Of a stretch of 64,000 nt of DNA, positions 51,611 through 61,900 are shown one piece after another. This DNA comes from Eutreptiella sp. 'Long Island Sound 2002'. Lineage: Eukaryota; Protista; Euglenida. The DNA is taken from assembly GCA_964036045.1 (NCBI GenBank), contig OZ038378.1:10292001-10356000 (forward strand), read 5' to 3'. The position numbers and the translations under genes were made by a program. The notes under the pieces were generated by a model that had not been told where the DNA came from, ran no database searches, and worked only from the letters and a program-made list of their open reading frames with translations. Each line of letters starts with the position of its first letter. Positions within the stretch are counted from its first letter, which is position 1.

Positions 51611-52149
51611 TGCCGCACAGGAGCGCCCTCTGGGACCCTCGGACACCTTGGAGTGCTTAACCAGCAGACCACGACCAGTGCACGTGCCTGCATCACGGAC
51701 GGTCACAGGAGAGATGGGAGCGGACGCGCTGGCCCCGCGGGGGGGGGGGGGTCAGGGCGCTTGGGCCAGCGCCACGGGTGTCCCTCCACGCCCGCACCAC
51801 CCCCCGGGCCTGAAACCGACGGGGTGCTCGAAACGCAGGGACACGGAGAAACACACCAGAAGGTGCCTGGCAGTCACACCAACGACAGGGGGGGGGGGGA
51901 CGGGAGGAGTGCGGACAGAAACCACAGGGGCTCGCGGGCGGGCAAAGCGCCGCGCACAGCGCGGTGGACCCGGGCGTGCCTTACACCGAGACCGAGAGCA
52001 CAGCGCGTGCCACAGAGCGACCCACGTGATCCCCAGTGCACGTGGTTCATGCGACATACAGCGTGTCACGTCGCCCCTGCCACCCATGGCCCTCCGCCTA
52101 GGGGGCCCCGGCCTAGCGCTGGGATACCGTGGCAGTGTCAACCAACCAA

Positions 52150-52440
52150 CCAACCAACCCCACGCCCCACCCCTTGCCCCGCCCCGCCCCGCACCGCACC
52201 GCACAGCACCGCACCGCCCCGCACCGCAGCCCACACCACACCACACCATACCACACCACCCCCACACCACAATAGACCCATGCTACAGCTCCCCCAATGA
52301 AGTGAATAGGCCCATGCTACAGCTCCCCCAAGGAAGTCACACCACACCACACCACACCACACCACAGAGCACAGCACAGCAGCGCACAACACAACACAGC
52401 ACAGTACAGCACAGCAGAACAAACAGTACAACACAACAGA
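52150..52440 (+). repeat. Pentamer microsatellite ladder (CCCCG > CACCG > CACCA > CACAG > CAACA) abutting the splice donor at 52446; includes a 2 x ~33-bp duplication
   Basis: Direct reading. AG(A/G)CCCATGCTACAGCTCCCCCAA(T/G)GAAGT occurs twice at 52273..52338. Confidence 0.85.
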
Positions 52441-52446
52441 CCACAC

Positions 52447-52580
52447 CTGTATGTATATCGGCGGGTCGCAGGCCATGCGCGTACAGCACTGTAACCTTCA
52501 CCTCCGCAAAGAAAGAGGGGCGCAGACTCATATCAATGCCTACCAATCCTTTGGCCAAGTCAATAACCTTGGGAATCAGC
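52447..52580 (-). CDS. MCTP-like protein exon (start of C2 domain: AEVKVTVLYAHGLRPADIHTG)
   Basis: Acceptor TGCGTTTCAG|G (phase 2), donor ACAG|GTGTGG (phase 1), 134 nt. Joins in frame to GKADPY at 42811. Confidence 0.85.
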
Positions 52581-53292
52581 CTGAAACGCAAGACAAACAC
52601 CTCTGAGAAATGGACTGGGGACAGGTGGGTGGGTGCTGATTGGCACATCACAGCGGCGACGCTGTGTGCAGGTGAGTTGCTTAATGCAGTTGTCTGTGCC
52701 AACACACTACGTTGTACCACGGAGGAAAGCCCTTCGGTGCAAGCTGTGTGTTGCTGCAGCTTCGCGCGGCAGCTTCATGTGGCCACACATTATGCGATTA
52801 GCCGCTCCGTGCTCTCGTGTGTTGCTGCTTGGTGCTGAGGTGGCGTCTAACGTTGCCATTTGACGCAAAAAGATGCTTGCCTTTATTTGTTCGCGGGGCG
52901 TCTCAGCCCCCTGATGAGAATCTCAGGCACAGGAGCTTTGTTTCCTCATTTACTTTTGTCTTTAGGTTCTCAAGCAGCTATGCATACCAAGGAACCCACC
53001 TTTGTACATCGACTGGCGCAAGAGGACCGCATTTACGATGTGTGCCCGTCCGAAGCAGTGAGCCAGAGCACCCCGGGGGGGCGACTACCAACGGTCCTGA
53101 TGCGACCACCCCCCAGCTATCTGTCAAAACTGGGGGGGGGGGGGGGGCAGTTGGGGGGGGGTCCAGCCGGAGGTCGGGGGGGGGGGGGGTGTTCCTGCCG
53201 GGGGTCGGGGGGGGGGTGTTCCTGCCGGGGGTCGGGGGGGGGTCTGGCCGGGGGGTCAGGGGGGTGGCCAGCCAGGGGTGAGGGGGGGGGGG

Positions 53293-53322
53293 TTAGGGTT
53301 AGGGTTAAGGGTAGGGTTAGGG
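53293..53322 (+). repeat. Internal telomere-like tract (5 TTAGGG-type units) left of the element array
   Basis: TTAGGG TTAGGG TTAAGG GTAGGG TTAGGG. Confidence 0.9.
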
Positions 53323-54459
53323 TCACCGAGCTGGTGGAACCAGTCTTGGTTTTATAACCCTTTTTAGTGTCTAGGGTGGACCTACCAGGTTTAGCAAGCA
53401 AGCAGCAAGCAGCAAGCAGCAAGCAAGCAGCACGCGCGAAATGGGAAAAAATCAGAACTCTGTCGTGGTGCTTCAGATTCGGGTGAAATTTTGGTGGATG
53501 ATACCTATGGGTGTGAAGTACAATCACACAAAGTTTGAGCAAGAAACTCAACGGTGGCGGCCGGCAACGGGATTCGCAAGTGGCGGACCTCAGTTTCAAA
53601 AACTGCAGTTTAGGGCCAAAAACAGCCATTTTTGGGCTTAAAAAGCCCTGGAACACATTCAAAACAGCCAAACGAAGGGAAACGGTGGGTACACTCCATG
53701 TGCGGCTTGACTTCCCCATGTCAACGAGCTCTTTGCCGCCCTCTAACTCCATGATATGTCGTGGAAACGGCCCAAAAAGGCCCCCAAAAGCTCCAAATGC
53801 CGACAGCCACAAACCAAGAATAGGCCATATCTTTGGCTACATGGCTCAAAATGCGATTCCGAGGGCACCTATTCCACCCGCAACCCCCCACTTTTTGTGG
53901 TTTCCACCCCTCAGAATTGCCCAAATGGACGTCTAGACCCCCATACCTAGGCCCACTAGGTTGCGGCAAGCTGCGAGCTCAAGCCCAAACAGGTGGGTGC
54001 CCAAATGGGTCAACAGGGTCCAGTAGGGGCAAAAAGATGACTTTTCTCAAAAATGATCCTCGACCATGTGCGACGCTAAAACAAGAGTTTTTGGACCGTT
54101 TTGAGCTTGTGGTGGCCCATTTGGGTCCTCCGCCAATCCCAAAATGCCTTGAAACTGGGCTGTTTTGGGACCAAAAATGGGTCAAAAATGGGTCAAAAAT
54201 GCATTTTTCCAAACCTCATCCTAGACCATTTGGGGTGCACAAACGGGTGAAATGAGCCCATTTTGAGCCCATTTTGGGGTATTTTGGCCCCTCAGAAGTC
54301 CAAAAAGCCTTGAAAGTGGGCCTCGTGGTGATGGGGTTCACTTGCTAGCCGATTCCACTTTGTCAAGAGCCATCAATGTGTGAATCATTCTTGATGTCCC
54401 TCACCAGTCATAGCTGATGTTCCCTCCCCCACCAGCTCGGTCCCAATGTTCAGTCTTGA
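53323..54459 (+). mobile_element. TTAGGG-flanked non-coding element, copy 1 (1137 bp)
   Basis: TTAGGG|TCA...TGA|TTAGGG. Perfect 13-bp asymmetric sub-terminal inverted repeat ACCGAGCTGGTGG (53325..53337) / CCACCAGCTCGGT (54429..54441). (AGCA) microsatellite about 70 bp from the left end. Confidence 0.88.
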
Positions 54460-54465
54460 TTAGGG

Positions 54466-55614
54466 TCACGGAGCTGGTGGAACCAGTCTTGGTTTTATAA
54501 CCCTTTTTAGTGTCTAGGGTGGACCTACCAGGTTTAGCAGCAGCAAGCAGCAGCAAGCAGCAGCAAGCAGCAGCACGCGCGAAATGGGGAAAAATCAGAA
54601 TTCCGTCGTGGTGCTTTGGATTCGGCTGAAATTTTGGTGGATGATACCTATGGGTGTGAGGGACAACCCTACAAAGTATGAGCCAGAAACTCAACGGTGG
54701 CGGCCGTGAACAGCTGTCGCAAGTGGCGGACCTCAGCATCAAAAACTGCAGTTTAGGGCCAAAACAGCCATTTTTGGACCAAAAAAGCCCTAGAACCCAT
54801 TCAAAACGGCCAAACAAAGGGAAACGGTGGGTACACTCCACGTGCGGCTTGACTTTCCTGTGTCAACGAGCCCTTTGCGGCCCTCTAACTCCACCATATG
54901 TCCTTGAAACGGCCCAAAAAGACCCCAGAAGCCCCAAATTTTGTGCAGATTGGCTGGCGAGAGCCACAAACCAAGAACAGGCCATATCTTTGGCTACATG
55001 GTCCAAAACGCGATTCCGAGGGCACCTACTCCACCCGCAACCCCCCACTTTTTGTGGTTTCCACCCCTCAGAATTGCCCAAACAAACGCCTAGACCCCCA
55101 TACATAGCCCCAGCAGGCTGCGGCAAGCTGCAAGCTCAAGCCCAAACAGGTGGGTGCCCAAATGGGTCAACAGGGTCCAGTAGGGGCAAAAAAATGACTT
55201 TTTTCAAAAATGATCCTACACCATGTGTGATGCTAAAACAAGTGTTTTTGGACCGTTTTGAGCTTGTGGTGGCCCATTCTGGTCCTCCGAAAATCCCAAA
55301 ATGCCTTGACAATGGGCTGTTTGGGGACCAAAAATGGGTCAAAAATGGGTCAAAAACACATTTTTCCAAAACTCATCCTAGACCATTTGGGGTGCCCAAG
55401 CGGGTGAAATGAGCCCATTTTGAGCCCATTTTGGGGGATTTTGGCCCCTCAGAAATCCAAAAAAGCCTTGAAAGTGGCCCTTGTGGTGATGGGAATCACT
55501 TGCAAGCTGATTCCACTCTATCAACGGCCTTCAATGTGTGACTCATTGGTGTTTCTCACCATTCATAGCTGATGTTCCCTCCCCCACCAGCTCGGTCCCA
55601 ATGTTCAGTCTTGA
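54466..55614 (+). mobile_element. TTAGGG-flanked element, copy 2 (1149 bp, divergent subfamily)
   Basis: Separated from copies 1 and 3 by a single TTAGGG on each side (54460..54465, 55615..55620). Carries an insertion (TTTTGTGCAGATTGGCTGGCGAG region) absent from copies 1 and 3. Confidence 0.88.
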
Positions 55615-55620
55615 TTAGGG

Positions 55621-57149
55621 TAACGGAGCTGCTGGAACCAGTCTTGGTTTTATAACCCTTTTTAGTGTCTAGGGTGGACCTACCAGGTTTAGCAGCAGCA
55701 AGCAGCAGCAAGCAGCAAGCAGCACGCGCGAAATGGGCCAAAATCAGAACTCCGTCGTGGTGCTTTGGATTTGAGTGAAATTTTGGTGGATGATACCTAT
55801 GGGTGTGAAGTACAATCACACAAAGTTTGAGCAGGAAACTTGACAGTGGTGGCCGGGAACGGGATTCGCAAGTGGCGGACCTCAGTTTCAAAAACTGCAG
55901 TTTAGGGCCAAAACAGCCATTTTTCGGCCAAAAAAGCCCTAAAACCCATTCAAAACGGCCAAACGAAGGGAAACGGTGGGTACACTCCATGTGCGGCTTG
56001 ACTTCCCCGTGTCAACGAGCTCTTTGCCGCCCTCTAACTCCATGATATGTCCTTGAAACGGCCCAAAAAGGCCCCCAGAAGCTCCCAATGCCGACAACCA
56101 CAAACCAAGAATAGGCCATATCTTTGGCTACATCGCTCAAAATGCGATTCCGAGGGCACCTATTCCACCCGCAACCCCCCACTTTTTGTGGTTTCCACCC
56201 CTCAGAATTGCCCAAAGGGACGCCTAGACCCCAATGCCTAGGCCCACTAGGCTGCGGCAAGGTGCAAGCTGAAGCCCAAACAGGTGGGTGCCCAAATGGG
56301 TCAACAGGGTCCAGTAGGGGCAAAAAGATGACTTTTCTCAAAAATGATCCTATACCATGTGCCAAGGTAAAACGAGTGTTTTTGGACCGTTTTGAGCTTG
56401 TGGTGGCCCATTTTGGTACTCCGAAAATCCCAAAATGCCTTGAAACTGGGCTGTTTTGGGACCAAAAATGGGTCAAAAATGGGTCAAAAACGCATTTTTC
56501 CAAACCTCATCCTAGACCATTTGGGGTGCACAAACGGGTGAAATGAGCCCATTTTGAGCCCATTTTGGGGGCATTTTGGCCCCTCAGAAGTCCAAAAAGC
56601 CTTGAAAGTGGGCCTCGTGGCACCCCGTAATGCGTGAAACAAGGAACATGCAACACTTGACAGGCACACAATAGCCGGATAGAGACATCAATTTTTTGGT
56701 ACAGGTATGTGGCAGGAAGTACAATGCATTGTACATATGCATCGATTTGCTCATAACAAGAGAAAGAGGAACGGGATCGCGGTGAAGCGAAAGCCGAGCG
56801 CAGACGTCAACACGAAGCTTGGGGAGCACATTCATTCCGAGTGGAGGGGAATACAGAACAGACAGTGCAATTCGTGCAATAATGGGATCGCGGTGAAGCG
56901 AAAGCCATTTGCAAACTCAAAAGGAGGGAGGGGAAAACCAAACATGCAGTGACATTCATGCAATAATGGCATCACGATGAAGCGAAAACCAGTTGCCAAT
57001 GCAAAATGAGGGGAGAGGAATACGAAACACACAACAACATGCATGCAACCCTCAATCGCCATCCCCCAACCAATTGACTTTCCTCCACCCTAGTACGCAC
57101 AGAAGCATAGGCACTACCCCACCAGCTCGGTCCCAATATTCAGTCTTGA
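55621..57149 (+). mobile_element. TTAGGG-flanked element, copy 3, with ~500 bp of foreign sequence (56621..~57116) replacing ~95 bp before the conserved right end
   Basis: Colinear with copy 1 up to GGGCCTCGTGG at 56620. The right end CCACCAGCTCGGTCCCAATATTCAGTCTTGA resumes at ~57119. Confidence 0.85.
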
Positions 57150-57194
57150 TTAGGGTTAGGGGTTAGGGGTTAGGGGTTAGGGTTAGGGCTAGGG
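57150..57194 (+). repeat. Internal telomere-like tract (TTAGGG/TTAGGGG, 7 units) right of the array
   Basis: TTAGGG TTAGGGG TTAGGGG TTAGGGG TTAGGG TTAGGG CTAGGG. Confidence 0.92.
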
Positions 57195-58275
57195 TTGCTG
57201 TTAAGGCTTGCAGCCCTCCTGTAGCCCTCCTTCATCTCAAAAATTTTTCTTGTTGTTTTAACACAAATATGAATTATCTACAAATTTTTGAGTATTTTGA
57301 GTATAAACACATAGTATGAAAAAAAAAATTGGCGCCTTTGGCGCCGAACAGTTTTCTCTAGGGACACTTGTTGAGGGCCGACCCGGCACCACTATCTTTC
57401 AAAACCCCGGGGGGGGGGGGGGGCTGGGGAGGGTCGCATACAAGGACCCGGCCCGGCTGCCCCCCCGGGGAGAGCACATTGAATTTGAGACAGCTGTAAT
57501 TTGAGACGGCACCACTCCAAGGACGGTGTCCCTTGCCTTGCTTTTGTATCCCCCGTGTGGGGGACGTGAAGGCGGCCCCGCCCCCTTTGACCACCAACGC
57601 GTCCTATAGAATTCCTCCGACGCCTTCAGGTGACCCGGTGGTGCCTTGGATGCCAGTCAATTGAGACCAAACCCTCTCGTCCGCCCCTGGAACACCCCCT
57701 GAACAAGATTGCCTCTCATCTCTACAGCACGGCGCCCATGGCCTTTGCGCTTTGTCCCAAGACTGAGTTTAGCTGAAGAAGCAGGGTAGAAGTGGAATGT
57801 TTACTGTTAAAGCACAAGACATCTGAGCAATAGGCCGCAAGTTGGAGGCCGAGGGGGTCCATTTGCTCGATTTACGGGCATCGGTGCAATTCCCATGAAA
57901 CTCAAGTGCACTCAAATGCGAGGCGATGAAACAAAAAATCCCCCAAGGCCGAGGAAGATGAGGATCTGTTTTTACAGGCGCCTTTGGCGCCAAGGCTGAG
58001 TCCACCTTTTCCGGCTCTTTAGAATGTCTATTCCATCGGAGGGAATCCGCAGGTCTACTTCTCAAAATGGCTGACAGCCCGAAAATCGTGAAGATCTCGT
58101 CTGCTTGGACTTTCTTGGACTTTGGTACTTTCTCCATCTTACCTCTTATTACCACATCACTCTCAAAAGAAATGTACAAATTATGGTCCCAATGGGGACG
58201 GGGGTGCACTCGCCATGAAGGTCCGGCTGCCACGCACCAACGCACTTGCATGCTGACCCTTCACAACACGCATAC

Positions 58276-58389
58276 TTCCAGGGCGGGAACCGGCTCCACA
58301 GGACAGGGTATCGGATGTAGAGGCCGTTGAGGGTGAAGAGGTAGAACGTTGTAAGCGTCGTGTAGTATTGTAGCGGGATCAAAAAAGTG
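58276..58389 (-). CDS. MCTP-like protein exon (hydrophobic segment TFLIPLQYYTTLTTFYLFTLNGLYIRYP)
   Basis: Acceptor ACATCTGCAG|C (phase 2), donor TGGAA|GTATGC (phase 2), 114 nt. Resembles the MCTP PRT_C membrane region (animal ..LYCIPLRYIVLVWGINKFT..). Confidence 0.75.
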
Positions 58390-58786
58390 CTGCAGATGTG
58401 GAGGACGCAGGTGGAGGGCTGGGCATGATCTCACACATAGATGAAGGAAGGGAGAGAGAGGGGGATGCAAGAGGGGGAGGGGGAGGGTGGTGTTCTGAAA
58501 ACGCTGGTTGGGTGCAGTGTAGTACCATCGGTGCCTGGTATGTCTTGTATATGCCCTGCTCTTGTTGGCCGCGGTCATTTGTGTCCACGGGTGTAGGAGG
58601 AAAAGCACGTTCCGTGGGTCAGCGGACGTGGGGTGTATCCCGAAGAGGAGGAGGGGGAGGAGGGGCCAAAGTGGTTCTCTGGGGGTGATCTCAGGGTGCA
58701 TGGCTACTCCCTGTCCACAATACCAGACCTCCTAAGTAGCCAGCACCGAAGTCACCGGCCATTTCCATGGCTCAGCCAGGCTTCGT

Positions 58787-58945
58787 AAAAATCTGTAAAA
58801 AAACATATAAAAAAAAACTTTAACAAACTGTTAAAAAAAAAACTGTAAACACCTGAAAAATAACTTGTAAAAAAAACTGTAAAAAGCTGTAAAAAAGAAA
58901 AACTTGTAAAAAACCTGTAAAAAAAAGCAAAAAAAACTTGTAAAC
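58787..58945 (+). repeat. A-tract minisatellite (A5-10 CTGT / CTTGT)n
   Basis: About 13 A-tracts spaced roughly 10-14 bp apart. Confidence 0.85.
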
Positions 58946-61900
58946 CACGGTGCAAAGGGCTTTTTGATCCATCCTGTCATATACGTAAAATTGTCCTAAT
59001 ATCTGTCTCCGGTTTTTGTCCATACCTGTTAGGTTTTTCGATTGTTGATACACCAATTCAGCAAGAGACCACCATCCACAAACAATGCTAAGGTGAAATG
59101 GCATAATCAGGGCAGGTGGTTGGGTTTTGTTATGCACCTGCCCAGAAACATTTTCCTTTTGGATGTTCTGCACTTGTGGTGCTGTGGAAACCCAAATTAT
59201 GTCACATCTATTGGAAAAAGGATTTGCTCCTTGGATTGTGTGCCACCCATGAGCAATTGTGCAATAGATTGGTGCAGTGTCCCAGTGGTATATGCACTTG
59301 CCTGCACAAGAAACGAGGCTGGTTCAAATTCTGCCATTGGAAGCCGTCGAGGCGCTTTTTTGGGACATTATCCCAGTGATAAACTTGTAGTCTCAGTTCT
59401 GAACCAAACCTGAGCACATCAGCAGGACAGAGGAAGCAAAGAAAGCATTGGTGGGCACCGAAACCGAGGCCTGCAGCCACTCCTCTGGTCGTTTGCTATG
59501 GCGCAGGCACTATTCCACTTCTTTTTTTGTAAATTGATGGTCACCAAAGTCACCAAGTGTAAAAAATACCAAACCACCGGTCACCGAAGGTCACCAAAAT
59601 CCCGGCTACTTAGGAGGCCTGCAATACAGAGGGATCCTGTTGGGCATCACATGCACTCCACGGAGGTTTCCCAAAGTCACAACCACCGTGAGCCTGCCCA
59701 CAGGAAGTATTGCAACATGGTAGTTGACCTTGAGCAGCTCTGGGGCGGAAAGCTCAGCACCGCCAACCTCAGCACTACCCTCATCTGGAGTACCCCCAGA
59801 TGGGGGTACCCTGGTCGCGGGTACACAGCAAGAGTTGCACAGCCATCATTTTCCAAATAGTACACATTCTGTGGGTGCGTGTGTGGGAAACACAGCACAC
59901 CTGATTACGCCTGTTCACAGACGCCACCCAAAACTCCCCCCCTCCCACACACACACACACACACACACACACCACACTGTGCGGCCCCCTTAACTGACCT
60001 CAACCAACAAAGCAAGTAATGTAAAAGTTGTGGCACTCGACACGTGTTGTATTACATAGTGACCGCGTTCATGGAACCCCCGGTTGATAGAGATGAGGAT
60101 CTTGCACCCTCCGGGACCCAGCTCAGTGTTTCCATTCCAACGTTCCAATGTCTGCCATCGTAATACTATGCAAACGGATGGCAGCCTCAAAAGTGCGCCC
60201 CCACCTCACCCCTCTTAAAACCAGTGCGTACAACCAGAAGTACCAACCAGCAAACCACCAGAGGGGTCAAATTTTGGAACGGGCATAATTTGGAATGGTG
60301 AAATTCGGCACAACAAAATTGTACCAAACTTCGCCATGGTATTTAATGACTGCAGCCATTTGTTAAGGTGTCGTGGTGCCACCGTGTTACCACTAGGTCA
60401 TATCAGCACCACATGTTGTTTAGCACCATATCATGTTCAAGGTATGAACCCTATTTTTTTTTTACGAACAGTAGCAGGCTATGGTGGTAGTTGAGTTGTT
60501 GAAGTACTGCATTGTGGAACTTGGGTCCCTGGTCAAATTCCCATCATACAAATTCACTGTGAGAAGTTGGTGTGTATGCTTGTTCTTATGCCATGATCTG
60601 GAAATTTTGTACCACAATTTGCCGTGGTATTTAAGAATTCATGCCAAATTCTATTGCCTTCGGCAATGCACCTCGAAGAGAGGCTGACAGTCAGCCAATC
60701 AGTCAATTAGCTAGGCCAGCAGTCAGTTAGACAGAAACACACAGTTCTGGTTTTTTCGTCAGTGGCACACTCGGCTCCAAGCAGTGGGGAGGAAAGTCGT
60801 CCTCAAGGTAAGCTGTGGTCAAATGGTAATGCACCCGACCGCAGACTCCTTGGTCGGCGGTTTGAACACCTATCGGGGGGAAATGGCGGCGGCGCCGCCG
60901 ATGACAGTTGCCCGACAAGGATTCGAACCGCCGACCTCCCCCTCACCCTGAGGAAGGCCCAATCCCGCAGTGTGCCCTCCTGGCCCAAAGGGCTACTTGC
61001 ATCGCTGCACCCTGGTCCAGGGCAGGGAATCGCTCAACATACCCTTGGACCCCTCTAGCTGCCCCATGAGTGCCCTAAGCTGTGGGTAGTAGGGCCTTGT
61101 AGACATGGCAGCGCCACAGGAGCCTCCTACAGCCAAGGAGTATGCCCCCCCATGACCACACCCGTGCCAGGCACCACACCTACACCTATTTGTATGCAAT
61201 CATGGGGCAGCCAAGCAACATGTCCCTATGACCTCAAGGTAGCTGTGGCAGAAGGGTTCCCAAGAGGCCCAGCTAGGAGAAGGGGAACCCGTCCTAGTGG
61301 TACCTGACAGCAAGTGCACGCCTTCCCTCCCTCCAGAGGATAGGCTTGGCCGTTAGTGAGCCTTCAGGACCCCAAAGACTAATGGGGCTGTAGGGCGGCA
61401 ACACGGGAGCCGTCCCTAGTAAGGCCGCAGGGTGGGGAAGTGCTCTAGGACTCCTCCAACTGCCCCACGCGCCCAAGCCATGGGAGTGTGGGACCTCGCT
61501 TTCAAGGCAGTTCCACCCATGCCACCAGGGGTCAAAGAGCGCAGGTCCCTCCCAACCGTGCCCAACGCTGCCGCTGCCCCCTTGCATAGTCGTGGGGCAA
61601 CCTGGTAGCAGGTCCCTGTGACCTGGAGGCCGCAATGCCCTTGCTTGCACCTCCCTAGTGGGCTCAACATCAGGCTCCCAAGCCTCCCCACTGGCCCTGG
61701 AGCACCGGGCCACAATAGCCCCCCACACACAAGGGACCCCCCAGTCACCCACCTGCTACATATGTGCATGTGGTACGGCTAGGAAGCAAGGCCCGAAAGT
61801 ACCCTGCGCACAGGAGGTAACACCTGGCGCGCCCACATACACACAGGACAATGGTGTCTCCTGCTCATCAGCGCTCTGGTGAGGTCTGGCGGTTGTCAAT

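Noticed and set aside
53441-56669. Recurrent 60-244 aa ORFs in the TTAGGG-flanked units
   Set aside because: Starts, stops and frames differ between copies, and there are no recombinase, RT or Rep motifs. I treat the units as non-coding.
53293-57194. True chromosome end or mis-joined telomere
   Set aside because: The tracts are short and degenerate, and in-phase exons of one gene lie on both sides (52580 and 58276). Long reads should still confirm the assembly.
57769-58251. 160-aa minus ORF with an internal GTAAGA as an extra MCTP exon
   Set aside because: The exons at 58276 and 52580 already join in phase, and no suitable acceptor or homology supports it.
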